From NCBI GenBank assembly GCA_965242965.1, contig OZ251518.1:3616001-3680000 (forward strand): 64,000 nt of DNA, written 5' to 3'. The position numbers were made by a program, and so were the translations under genes. Position 1 is the stretch's first letter; each line of letters begins with the position of its first letter. The DNA is from Candidatus Poribacteria bacterium. Lineage in GTDB: Bacteria; Poribacteria; WGA-4E; WGA-3G. The notes beneath the pieces were generated by a model. The model was not told where the DNA came from, did not search any database, and saw only the letters and a program-made list of their open reading frames with translations. Positions 32,614 to 42,079 of the stretch are shown piece after piece.

Positions 32614-34431
32614 GACTGTGGGCCGTTTTGATGCAAACATTATCACTAACGTTTCGTCAGTAACTTGCTGAAAATCTGTCAAGCGAGTTATCGGTTGCGA
32701 TGTCCACCCTATTTGCGTAGCGTTTTCTGAATCTAAAAGATATTGTAGCACGCCTTCGCGCTGTAAGGTTTGCGCGAACGTTTTTCGGGTGCCGTTGAGC
32801 CCTTCATCGGGTGGCACTTTTTTTAACGTTCTATCAACGGTAACTTGTTCACCATCAAACTGCCACGTTTTATCCCACGAGAAAAATATCTCTTCTACGT
32901 ATGTTCTCGGCTGCCACGGTTCCACGACTGCCGAACGCATTTGGAAATGGGGTGCCTGCATTGCGGTTCCTAACGCGTTCCCGGCATTGCGTTCTATCGG
33001 TTCTAACGGACGAATAAAGGATTCTTGCGGCATGCGAAACGATGTTTCTTCACGCGCCGTTGCGCGAAGTGCGACGTAACGCTGCAAATGCGCACGCTGG
33101 CGTTCGGGATAAATGGATAAAATGCCAATCCGGTCTGCGGCGACGCTGTTAGGCAAAACCGTTCTCGCAATGCTGAGCGCGATGAAAGAGACAAGGACAA
33201 GTAACGCGCCGCCTATCCAATAATTGGATGGCGAGGGAGAGGCTCTCGCTATACGGGGACGCGTCGCGCGCCTCTTAAAGATGAAGAGCACCGCGCCGAA
33301 ACTGCACAGATACCCCGGTAACGCAATCGCGAGGAGTTTAATGAGCGGCACCTGTGTCGGCATTTTTTTCAGGAATTGCGCGTCAATTTTCTCCTCGTGG
33401 CGGCGGTGCGGTGCATACCGGTTGGCGAGGTGCCGAGGCGATTTGCCGTGTGTCTCAAGCAACGCGCGCCAGAAGGTTTCACCTGTTCCTTTTACAAACA
33501 AAACATTATAGTCAAAAGCGAGACAGAGCATCTGTCCTTCCCCAAAATGCCGTTTCGCTATGGCGATGTCTTCGTCAGTGCCAAGCACGACGTGGCAGTT
33601 GGCTTTCGGTTTCAAGATGATGCGTTCGTGTTTGCCCGGAGGCATCGCGGCGAGGAGGGCACTCCTACCGATTTGGAATGTTTCAACCGTTTCCACACCG
33701 ATTAACTGGACAGGGAGGAACGGTTCAATGAAACTCCCTCGCAGATAGCGAAAACTGCTGCCACCGGAGACGATGAGTGTGCCGCCGCGCTGCACCCAAT
33801 CTAATAACGCAGTCTGTTGTGCTTTAGTGACGTTTCTTTCGGTGAGTGCAACCTCCCGAATGACGAGGATATCGACAGCATCGTATCCTATCCACTGCGT
33901 GGGTAGCGCGCGTGCATTTGGAAGATACCTGACGTGTGCCTGCGCGTCAGCACCAATCTCTCTTTTATCCAGAAATTGCTTTAACTTATCACCACTCGGT
34001 GCCAACGCTAGCACGAAATAGTCCTTGAGAGCTATCGGTGTCGGCGGTGATATTTCTGTTAGCGCGCGGGAGGCAGTGGCTTGCCCGCGTGGGATAGGGA
34101 CAGCCAGAATTACCAATTTTGTAGCGATTTTTGGGCAGTAGACATAGAACCTTCTTGATTGCCGTTCGGTTGCGCCGAGTTTCAGCGGGGTGGCATACCG
34201 CTGGATGCGCGCGTCGGAAAAAAAGTTGCGCACCTCAATTACCAATTCGCCGATAAAAGGTTCGTTCTGGCTCCGGACGGTGATGTCTACTGGGGCCCAC
34301 GTCCCTGTTTTGTAACCGTCGTTGAATCCGAACGTGACATTTTCGACATCTACAGTCCCGAAGGCGAGTGCGGATGCCTGGATGAGAACGAATAGGCTCA
34401 TCAAAAAATAAGCCGTGCGGGATTGATACAT
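32608..34431 (-). CDS. Exported/membrane hypothetical protein with a glutamine-amidotransferase-like middle domain
   Basis: Signal peptide, YDAVD, LLDWVQRGGTLIVSGG and two C-terminal TM helices. Confidence 0.6.
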   Translation of the reverse strand: MYQSRTAYFLMSLFVLIQASALAFGTVDVENVTFGFNDGYKTGTWAPVDITVRSQNEPFIGELVIEVRNFFSDARIQRYATPLKLGATERQSRRFYVYCPKIATKLVILAVPIPRGQATASRALTEISPPTPIALKDYFVLALAPSGDKLKQFLDKREIGADAQAHVRYLPNARALPTQWIGYDAVDILVIREVALTERNVTKAQQTALLDWVQRGGTLIVSGGSSFRYLRGSFIEPFLPVQLIGVETVETFQIGRSALLAAMPPGKHERIILKPKANCHVVLGTDEDIAIAKRHFGEGQMLCLAFDYNVLFVKGTGETFWRALLETHGKSPRHLANRYAPHRRHEEKIDAQFLKKMPTQVPLIKLLAIALPGYLCSFGAVLFIFKRRATRPRIARASPSPSNYWIGGALLVLVSFIALSIARTVLPNSVAADRIGILSIYPERQRAHLQRYVALRATAREETSFRMPQESFIRPLEPIERNAGNALGTAMQAPHFQMRSAVVEPWQPRTYVEEIFFSWDKTWQFDGEQVTVDRTLKKVPPDEGLNGTRKTFAQTLQREGVLQYLLDSENATQIGWTSQPITRLTDFQQVTDETLVIMFASKRPTVP

Positions 34432-35282
34432 AACTGCGTCTCCACTGCGCCGTCAAAGGCGTGCGTGCTAAAAACGCCGTTGCCTAACATAATCATCGAT
34501 GCGATGCCGCCGGCGGCTTCAATCTGCGCGATAGTCTTGATGACGCGCGCATCGCTGAGCAGGCCGCTCTGCACGGAGAACTGCTTGGATACCTCAAAAC
34601 AGGCGGTGAGGAGTTCGGGACTTGTTTCGGCGCGAGTGTGCGTTCTCAGGACAGCCAATGCCGCGTCGGCAGCTTGATTGATGCGCGTTACCTGTTCAGG
34701 ATTGCCTAGCACCTCGCTCGTCTGAATTGGGCCGAAGTAGCGATAAAAGATAGGCTGCTCGGAGATGGGCAATCTCTCGGCGACGAGCGGCGCGCCTTCC
34801 TGCAATTTGACGAGAAAACCGCCGTGATACTGCGAGCAGACATCCCCCAACCCGGTGCGATTCTCCACTTCTGCCACGTGCGCTATCATCGCGAGTTCCT
34901 CGGAAGTTTTGTCGAGTCCGAGTTGTTCGTTGAGCGTATACGCCGTTGCGAGTGCCGCTGCACCGCTTAACCCGAAGCCGCACCCTAACGGCAGCGGTGA
35001 GTGAATGGAGACTTTGACTCGCGCGTGCCAGTTCTTCGCTCTACTGTCCGCGTGTCCATCCGTGGCCCCCGCGAGTTTATCCACAACGGCTTGCACTGTC
35101 GGAAAATCGATTGCCTTGCCATTAAAGCAGAGTTCTGTCACATGATGCGCGGAGACGTTGACAGTGACACCTTCTTTCACGGTAAACCCCATGCCGAGGG
35201 AGTGCATCCGGGTTGCATCGGCGTGTGGAATAATTTTGAAGATACAAGAAATGTTGCCGGGGGCAAATGCGTTTTTTGTCAT
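34401..35282 (-). CDS. GHMP kinase, pantoate kinase (PoK)-like
   Basis: AFAPGNISCIF, PLGCGFGLSGA, AHVAEVENRTGLGDV and SMIMLGNGVF resemble archaeal PoK. Confidence 0.75.
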   Translation of the reverse strand: MTKNAFAPGNISCIFKIIPHADATRMHSLGMGFTVKEGVTVNVSAHHVTELCFNGKAIDFPTVQAVVDKLAGATDGHADSRAKNWHARVKVSIHSPLPLGCGFGLSGAAALATAYTLNEQLGLDKTSEELAMIAHVAEVENRTGLGDVCSQYHGGFLVKLQEGAPLVAERLPISEQPIFYRYFGPIQTSEVLGNPEQVTRINQAADAALAVLRTHTRAETSPELLTACFEVSKQFSVQSGLLSDARVIKTIAQIEAAGGIASMIMLGNGVFSTHAFDGAVETQLCINPARLIF

Positions 35283-35319
35283 TATGGTTTCGTGAGACCT
35301 TGAACGATTCCGTTTCCTC

Positions 35320-35645
35320 GGTAGGAGAGACCTCCTGGTCTCGCTGCGAGCGATGTTCGCGGTAGGAGAGACCTCCCGGTCTCGATTTCTTCCTCCCGGT
35401 CTTGATGTGGTGCGTATCGGGACAGGGATGTCCCTCCTACCGGGAAAACATCAAGATGCCCATTGTCATTTGCAAGTGCCTGAGCACAAAGCTTCAGGCG
35501 CACCTGAGTCCTGTAGTTCGGGTGCGCCTGCACCCGATCGGGTTAGGCAGCATCGAGACCAGGAGGTCTCTCCTACTGCACACTCCGGCCGTCAAAGCCG
35601 AAGTCGTTGGCAATTTTTAGGCGAGGGACAGGCCCTCGCCCTACG
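35320..35645. repeat. REP cluster (B, D, C and A modules)
   Basis: Direct reading. Confidence 0.85.
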
Positions 35646-35656
35646 CGGCATTTGGG

Positions 35657-37060
35657 CTATACATTCCGCCGGGGCGGCGCGTATCTTGGATGGAAAGCCC
35701 CTTCACCGCATTGTCCATCTTCAATCTTCTCTGCCTGCCCGCCGCCGGTGACAGAACATCTAGCACCGTCTAATTCGGGAAGGACATACCGATTGAACCA
35801 CGCGCCCATCTCTTGGCGCATGTGGGTGATGCGTGCCTGCTGCGACTTCTCATCGATGAGGTTTTTACGTTCACCCGGGTCTTTCGCCAAATCGTAAAGT
35901 TCGTGTGGGCCGTAAGGGTAGCGGTGAACATATTTCCACTCCCGCGTCCGAATCATGCGGACAGGGCCGTATTCGTCAAAGATGACGATTTCGTCTTTCG
36001 CGTCGTTTGTTTCACCGGTAAGCGCGGGGACGAAACTGCTGCCAGGGCTCATATCGTCATCTGGGGTTGGGAGGCCGAGGTAGTCCAGCAGCGTCGGCAT
36101 GAAATCGTATTGGCTTACCATCGCCTCGCTGGTGCGTCCTTCGGGGATACGCCCTGGCTGGCTGACGATGAACGGCACTTTCACCGAGTTTTCATACATA
36201 TTCAGCGGGAAGGTGCCATTGCCTTTGTGCCAAAAGCCGTGATGCCCGCACGAGTAGCCGTTGTCGCTGCTGAAAACGATGAGCGTGTTCTCGCGGATGC
36301 CGAGCTGCGCGAGCCGTTCTAATATTCTGCCGACGTTTAAATCGAGTGCCGTTATCGCCGCAAAATAGCCTTTCAGCGATTCGCGATTGCCCATGTGGGC
36401 AGCGGCACCCTGCACCGCCCACGGATGCAACGCCTCCTGTGGACACGTCTTGAACGCGCAGTCGTCGTAGGAATCAACGATGTCCTGCGGATGTCCGGTA
36501 AACGGCGTATGCGGCGCGTTGTAGTTGACGCTCAGATAGAAGGGCCCTTCTTTGTTCTCGGATATGAAATCCAGCGCGTCATCGGTGATAACATCGGTGA
36601 GGTAGCCGGGTTGCATCTCTACCTGTCCATCACGAATCATGTCCGCGTCGTTGTATTTGCTGCCGCCGGTTAGCAAGGCAAACCAGTGACTGAAGCCGTG
36701 CTGCGGTGTCAAACTATCGCCGAGGTGCCACTTGCCGCTGAGCCCCACAGTGTAGTTATTGTCGGCGAGGACATCGGTGTAACAGGTGAGGCCGTCTAAA
36801 TACCGCGCAGGATTCGGCGGCATGTTGCCATCGCGAATCCAGTCATGCACGCCGTGTGCTGATGGAATGCGGCCTGTCATGAGACTGGCGCGTGCAGGGG
36901 AGCAGACCGGGCTCGTGCAGAAGAAATTCGGGAAGCGTGTGCCTTCTGAAGCGAGCCTATCAAGGTAGGGGGTGCGCACTTCATCGTTGCCGCAACAGCC
37001 GGCTGCCCACGGGCCCTGGTCATCGGTGAGAATGAAAATGACGTTAGGTTGGGTTTGCAT
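35657..37060 (-). CDS. Sulfatase (Cys-type)
   Basis: DDQG, CSPARASLMTG, GKWHLG, PH and SDNG motifs. Confidence 0.95.
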   Translation of the reverse strand: MQTQPNVIFILTDDQGPWAAGCCGNDEVRTPYLDRLASEGTRFPNFFCTSPVCSPARASLMTGRIPSAHGVHDWIRDGNMPPNPARYLDGLTCYTDVLADNNYTVGLSGKWHLGDSLTPQHGFSHWFALLTGGSKYNDADMIRDGQVEMQPGYLTDVITDDALDFISENKEGPFYLSVNYNAPHTPFTGHPQDIVDSYDDCAFKTCPQEALHPWAVQGAAAHMGNRESLKGYFAAITALDLNVGRILERLAQLGIRENTLIVFSSDNGYSCGHHGFWHKGNGTFPLNMYENSVKVPFIVSQPGRIPEGRTSEAMVSQYDFMPTLLDYLGLPTPDDDMSPGSSFVPALTGETNDAKDEIVIFDEYGPVRMIRTREWKYVHRYPYGPHELYDLAKDPGERKNLIDEKSQQARITHMRQEMGAWFNRYVLPELDGARCSVTGGGQAEKIEDGQCGEGAFHPRYAPPRRNV

Positions 37061-37094
37061 AGTGAAATCCTCTCTTCATGTACTGGGGCCGTGG

Positions 37095-37811
37095 CGGCAG
37101 AAAGCCCCTTTCATCGTAGGGCGAGGGCCCTCGCCTGCCACACGCGCATGCGAGCGGGTTCCCCTCGCCATCATTCTACGAAAAAAACGCCCCTTTCATC
37201 GTAGGGCGAGGGCCTGTCCCTCGCCATCGTTCGCGCGATTCAACGCTCGCGGGTGACAGGCCCCCGCGCTACGATAAAAAAACGCCACCCCTCACCGTAG
37301 GGCGAGGGCCTGTCCCTCGCCATCATTCGCGCGATTCAACGCTCGCGGGTGACAGGCCCCCGCGCTACGATAAAAAAACGCCCCTTTCATCGTAGGGCGA
37401 GGGCCTGTCCCTCGCCATCGTTCGCACTACGGAAAATACGTCTCTTGTTCTCTTCAGGTCCATAGAACCTAAAAACATAACTTGCCGATGGCGATCGCGG
37501 GGGAAACCCTCTCGGATGCGCGTGTGGCATCCGAGGGCCCCGCGCTACGATAAAAAAAACGGTTCTTGAGCCATCGCGGGGGAAACCCTCTCGGATGCGC
37601 GTGTGGCATCCGAGCCCCCCCGCGCTACGGGAACATCGAGACCCGAGGTCTCTCCTACCGGAAGGTCTCGGGCCCACCTCTGTAGTTCGGGATCGCCTGA
37701 TCCCGAACGGGTCAGGATCAGGCGATCCTGACCTACAGAGCTAACGCGGTCTGACAGGAAAACGCATGGCGAGGGAAACCCGCGACATTGAACCATTTAT
37801 GAACCACCCTC
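37095..37811. repeat. REP cluster ending in a solo terminal repeat (TTATGAACCACCCTC)
   Basis: Tandem A/A' doublets plus F, B and C modules. Confidence 0.9.
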
Positions 37812-37838
37812 AATTAAGTCCTATTGAGATTATAGCAC

Positions 37839-38699
37839 TTACGCCACTGGAAATCCATCGCCGACGAGCGGTTCGCCATCTGCCACCTCAATAAGGGGGA
37901 CGAGGACGTGTCCTGGGGATTGCGCTTGGTTATAACAGACACCTTGCGCCATGAAAATCATCACGAACGCGCGCCGTTGCCGTTCAGTAACATTCGGCGG
38001 GGTGCCGTGGAAATTCAAGCAGTGGTGGAACATGCACTCGCCTGCCTTCAATTCCACCGGAATGCCGTGACTGATGTCCATTTTCTGTCGTTCTGCCCAC
38101 TGATTCGGTGGTGGTTCGCGGCCTTCTTCTCGCGCTTTAGCGGCGGCCGCGTTTGCCTCAGTTCTCGCGGCGATGGAGAACCGTTCATCTTTATGGCTTT
38201 TCGGCATGACATGCATGCAGCCGCTGTCCACTGTTGCATCGTCTAGCGCGAGCCAGCAGCTGACGATGTTCGGTGGGCTGAGGGGCCAGAAGAAGAAATC
38301 GTGGTGGAAGCCGAAATGCCCGTTATCGTGTGGCGGCTTGGAAATCACCTGGTCATGCCATAAACGCACTGTCGGCGTATCCAAGAGAGCCCGCGCTGTC
38401 CCGGCGATAAGCGGATGGTGGATGGCGCGTTCATAGAAGACATCGCGCTTCCACATATTAATGTATTGGTGAATGGCGCGCGGATGGCCGGCACCGCGCT
38501 TGAGCCGATGCTCACCCCGGTCGTGTCCATATTTGAATTCAGGGGATGCATCAGATGCATCGTCACCTTCGCTGAGTTCCAGTTCAATGACGGCATCCAA
38601 TCCGGCGCGCATTGCTTCCACTTCAGTGCTGTCTAAAACATTGCCGAATTTGAGATAGCCGTTTTCCTGAAAGAAATCGAGCTGTTGTTGGGTTACCAT
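37839..38699 (-). CDS. Phytanoyl-CoA dioxygenase family protein
   Basis: KPP..FHHD, WLALDD, GCMHV and HHCLNFHG motifs. Confidence 0.9.
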   Translation of the reverse strand: MVTQQQLDFFQENGYLKFGNVLDSTEVEAMRAGLDAVIELELSEGDDASDASPEFKYGHDRGEHRLKRGAGHPRAIHQYINMWKRDVFYERAIHHPLIAGTARALLDTPTVRLWHDQVISKPPHDNGHFGFHHDFFFWPLSPPNIVSCWLALDDATVDSGCMHVMPKSHKDERFSIAARTEANAAAAKAREEGREPPPNQWAERQKMDISHGIPVELKAGECMFHHCLNFHGTPPNVTERQRRAFVMIFMAQGVCYNQAQSPGHVLVPLIEVADGEPLVGDGFPVA

Positions 38700-38736
38700 G
38701 TCTTCTTAAACCTCATTCTGTAGGAACAACAAAAAC

Positions 38737-39495
38737 CTAGATGGGAAATTGATGGTTTCCGGCTGTTAATCCGCCGTCAATAACGAGAACGGTGCCGGTG
38801 GCGAAATTGGCTTCATCGGAGGCGAGGAAAAGCGCGGCGTTGGCGATGTCTCTCGGTTGCCCGAGGCGTCCGAGGGGATACCACTGCGTGATGTCCTCCA
38901 AAATCTTCGGGTTGCGTTCAAGCATCGGTTCCCACACCTCGGTCTGGATGGTGCCGGGGCAGATGCAATTAACGCGGATGTTATCCTTGCCGTGTGCGAT
39001 GGCCATGGAGCGGGTTAACGCAATCACGCCGCCTTTCGCGGCGGAATAGGCGTGAATCCCTTGCAATCCGATGAGCCCGTTAACAGAAGCGATATTGACG
39101 ATGCTCCCGCCGCCGACTTTTTGCATGGCGGGAATGACTGCTTCAGTGCAATGGCTCGTGCCTCGGAGCGCGACGGCTAGGTTTGCCTCCCAGTTATTGT
39201 TTAAAACGTCCGCCGTTGAACAGATGGCGTTGTTTACCAATATGTCAACTTTTCCGTAGGCCGCAAGTGTCGCCGCAATGAGGCGTTTCGCCGCGTCTGC
39301 ATTGGCGACATCGGCATTGATGAACGTTGCCGAGCCGCCTGCCTCCGTGATGGCGGCAACTGTCGCTGTTCCGAGCGTGTCGTTTACATCGTCAACGATG
39401 ACAGTTGCGCCTTCTTGTGCGAAGCGGATGGCGATGGCTTTGCCGATGCCGCGTCCGGCTCCTGTGACGATGGCTGTTTTGTTTTTGAGACGCAT
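38737..39495 (-). CDS. SDR family oxidoreductase
   Basis: TGAGRGIG, NNA, YSAAK and VNCICPG motifs. Confidence 0.9.
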   Translation of the reverse strand: MRLKNKTAIVTGAGRGIGKAIAIRFAQEGATVIVDDVNDTLGTATVAAITEAGGSATFINADVANADAAKRLIAATLAAYGKVDILVNNAICSTADVLNNNWEANLAVALRGTSHCTEAVIPAMQKVGGGSIVNIASVNGLIGLQGIHAYSAAKGGVIALTRSMAIAHGKDNIRVNCICPGTIQTEVWEPMLERNPKILEDITQWYPLGRLGQPRDIANAALFLASDEANFATGTVLVIDGGLTAGNHQFPI

Positions 39496-39517
39496 GAGGG
39501 TTTTGTCTCCGATTGTT

Positions 39518-40654
39518 TTACTGTGGTGCCAGGAGCGCGGCGATATCTTCGGGCAATTCAAGACTTTCGTCTAACTCTATTGCTTTGCGAAAGTCTGCGA
39601 TGGCTTTGTCCACCTCGTTTTTGAATAGGTAAATCTTGCCGCGGTTATAGTAGGCGAGCGCAAAATCTGGTGCGAGTTTTATCGCCGTGTCATAGTCTTG
39701 AAGAGCATTGTCAACGTCGCCTTCGTCAAAATAAGTGGTCCCGCGATTGTTATAAGGCACCGCATCCTCTGCATCCGATTCTATCGCGGTGTTGTAGTCT
39801 TGAATAGCCCTGTCAATGTCGTCCATGTCGCGATAGGCACAGCCACGGTTATTATAGGCTTCTGGCAGATCTGGTTTCATTTCCAGAGCTTGTGTATAAG
39901 ACGCAACCGCTTTTTCATACGCCGCCTGTTTTTCCGCATGAGCGTCTGACTCTTCACCTTTCAATTGATAGGTAAGTCCGCGATGAAACGCCGTATACGC
40001 GCTCTCATGGATGCTCTGATTTCGGATAAAGCCGTAGAGATCGTTGTAAATCGTCTCCGTTGAGAGTCCATGGTATTTTCGGAGATATGTCAACACCGGT
40101 TGTTTGAGGGCGGCCGGAATTGTGATGATAGTGACATCTCCGGCGGAAAGAAAACCCTGGGGGTGCCGGACAAACACACTCTTCTGCGCGATAACGCGAT
40201 GCCGGGGATTCCGCGGCCGGTGAATCATATCTTGGAGTTCCTCAGTTTTCCGCAAGAGAATCACCCGCCCATCTTTTCCTGATGAACCTGAACCGTCGCA
40301 GGCGAAAAAGAGGGCGACGAGAAAGTCTGTCGTAAAGTCAATGAGGTTTGTTTTCCCACCGTGATGTTGGAGACGCGTTAGGATTTCAACGGTATCGTCT
40401 GTTTCATGGTGATACGGCGCAGCATCCGCTAGAATCTCTTCTTGGACAAATTCTATATCAAATGCCTCTGTTTCAATACCGGCGTATTGACGATAAAGGT
40501 TTGAAGAGATTTTGCCAAAAAAGGGTGATTCGCTATAGTGTTCCGGTTCACCGCGGTAGAGATAATCCGCGTTTGCGGCGCAGTCTTCGATTTCGCGGAG
40601 GATATCCCTGACGTTGCGTAAGGTGTCCCCCGAGATATGATGTTGATTGCGCAT
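39518..40654 (-). CDS. FRG domain protein with C-terminal TPRs
   Basis: YRGE, QHHGGKTNLIDFT..ALFFAC, R..AQKSVF; AYNNRG-type TPR repeats. Confidence 0.85.
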   Translation of the reverse strand: MRNQHHISGDTLRNVRDILREIEDCAANADYLYRGEPEHYSESPFFGKISSNLYRQYAGIETEAFDIEFVQEEILADAAPYHHETDDTVEILTRLQHHGGKTNLIDFTTDFLVALFFACDGSGSSGKDGRVILLRKTEELQDMIHRPRNPRHRVIAQKSVFVRHPQGFLSAGDVTIITIPAALKQPVLTYLRKYHGLSTETIYNDLYGFIRNQSIHESAYTAFHRGLTYQLKGEESDAHAEKQAAYEKAVASYTQALEMKPDLPEAYNNRGCAYRDMDDIDRAIQDYNTAIESDAEDAVPYNNRGTTYFDEGDVDNALQDYDTAIKLAPDFALAYYNRGKIYLFKNEVDKAIADFRKAIELDESLELPEDIAALLAPQ

Positions 40655-40746
40655 GTTTATTGTCCTCTGGCAGGCTAAGGTTCCCGGGACTTACGGTTAA
40701 GCCCCGAGAACCTTCCTACCACTTTTCAGGTCCACAGCGAAGTTGC

Positions 40747-40875
40747 CTATTTAGCTTTTCGCTTAATTTCAACGATTACGGTGCCTTTGCGGCGTTGCTC
40801 GCCCTTGGCCGGGATGAATCTGCCCGTTTTCGGATCGCGGACGAGCTGAATCATCGTCGCTCTTTTGCGTGCCAT
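40747..40875 (-). CDS. Small basic protein of 42 aa (RDPKTGRF motif), absent from the ORF track
   Basis: AAGGAGGTG RBS; MARKRATMIQLVRDPKTGRFIPAKGEQRRKGTVIVEIKRKAK. Confidence 0.7.
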   Translation of the reverse strand: MARKRATMIQLVRDPKTGRFIPAKGEQRRKGTVIVEIKRKAK

Positions 40876-40925
40876 TTTGATTCACCTCCTTTTTACGTGA
40901 ACGAACTGAAGATGCTTGTCACAAC

Positions 40926-40954
40926 ATAATAACATATCCAATGAAAAATGTCAA
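40926..40954 (-). promoter_or_regulatory. Sigma70-type promoter for the small ORF and FRG gene
   Basis: TTGACA-17-TATTAT with a TG extension. Confidence 0.65.
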
Positions 40955-41054
40955 CCGAATTTTGAACCATTTGACGCGGGTTGAATTAACGTGAACGGTG
41001 GACTGTAGGATTCACTTCTCTGGTGAAGACAACTGTGAAACCCTCGCCCACAGA

Positions 41055-41255
41055 AAATTGAGACCGGGAGGTCTCTCCTAACGAGGCACATCAAGAGCGA
41101 GGAGGTCTCTCCTACGGGGATGCATTGAGAACGAGGAGGGCTCTCCTACCGAACGCATCGAGACCGGGAGGTCTCTCCTACCGGCGATTCCCCATTTTTT
41201 TACCGTAGCGCGGAATTCTGTCACCGCGACGTTGAGCGATTTATGAAACCCCCTC
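41055..41255. repeat. Four B-type REPs plus a solo terminal repeat
   Basis: GAGGTCTCTCCTAC units; GACGTTGAGCGATTTATGAAACCCCCTC. Confidence 0.85.
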
Positions 41256-41419
41256 AGAATAATGTGGTTTTCTACGAATTGGACTTATTCTTGTAGCGTT
41301 CGGGCAACTTGTCCATCGCGATTTTTCACTGCAAACAAAAAACGTCCGAGGCCCGAAGGCCAAGGACGTTTTGTTATCCATCATGGATTCTCTGATGCTC
41401 AAAGAAGGCATCAATGTTT

Positions 41420-41815
41420 TCATGCACGAAACGGGACAGCGCGGCAGGCATTCTTCACCCACTGAACAAATTCCTCTCGCGAGAGGTGTCCAGCGGCGAG
41501 TGCCAATATCGTTCGTTCCGCATCATCAACGGAAGCGTTGAATTCCCAACCGTTGATATTTAAGAAGGTTTCCATTGCGGCGAACCCAATTCGTTTATTG
41601 CCATCCACAAAAGGATGGTTCCTAACGAGAGAAAAGCAGAGTGCTGCAGCTTTTTCCGGAATCGTCGGATAGAGTTCCACTCCACCGAATGTCATGCGCG
41701 GTTGAGCCAGCGCAGATTCAAGGGCCCCTAAATCCCGAAGTCCTGCGCTTCCACCCGATTGCTCAAGCGCGTGTTCATGTAATCTGAAAAGTTCAGGCAG
41801 CGATGGGTAACGCAT
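41420..41815 (-). CDS. doc: Doc/Fic family toxin (death-on-curing)
   Basis: GLRD..LESAL and HPFVDGNKR motifs. Confidence 0.9.
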   Translation of the reverse strand: MRYPSLPELFRLHEHALEQSGGSAGLRDLGALESALAQPRMTFGGVELYPTIPEKAAALCFSLVRNHPFVDGNKRIGFAAMETFLNINGWEFNASVDDAERTILALAAGHLSREEFVQWVKNACRAVPFRA

Positions 41816-42009
41816 CAGCTGAGACGCGTGAAGAGTTCTTCGTTTTTCCGAAAAACATGTCGGGCGACACGACGGAAATCTTCATCGGGATCCGAGATAA
41901 GATCGTTAATCGCAGCGCGCACCAATTCTTGTGGCTGAACCGATAAACGCTTTGCCACTTTGCCTAATTGTTTGGCCTGGTCTTTGCTCAACGTAATTGT
42001 CATTTCCAT
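41815..42009 (-). CDS. Putative RHH-type antitoxin
   Basis: 64-aa ORF coupled to doc (TGATG overlap); KNEELFTRL tail. Confidence 0.75.
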   Translation of the reverse strand: MEMTITLSKDQAKQLGKVAKRLSVQPQELVRAAINDLISDPDEDFRRVARHVFRKNEELFTRLS

Positions 42010-42079
42010 AGTAGTATTCTCCTCTGTTATGTTGTAACTAATTATACCACATTGCACGCCGAAATTCAAATCTTTTTTG

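Noticed and set aside
29521-37811. Composite transposon formed by inward-facing solo TIRs
   Set aside because: Flanks TAGTTATTC and AATTAAGTC do not form a TSD, and the enclosed genes look like ordinary chromosomal operons.
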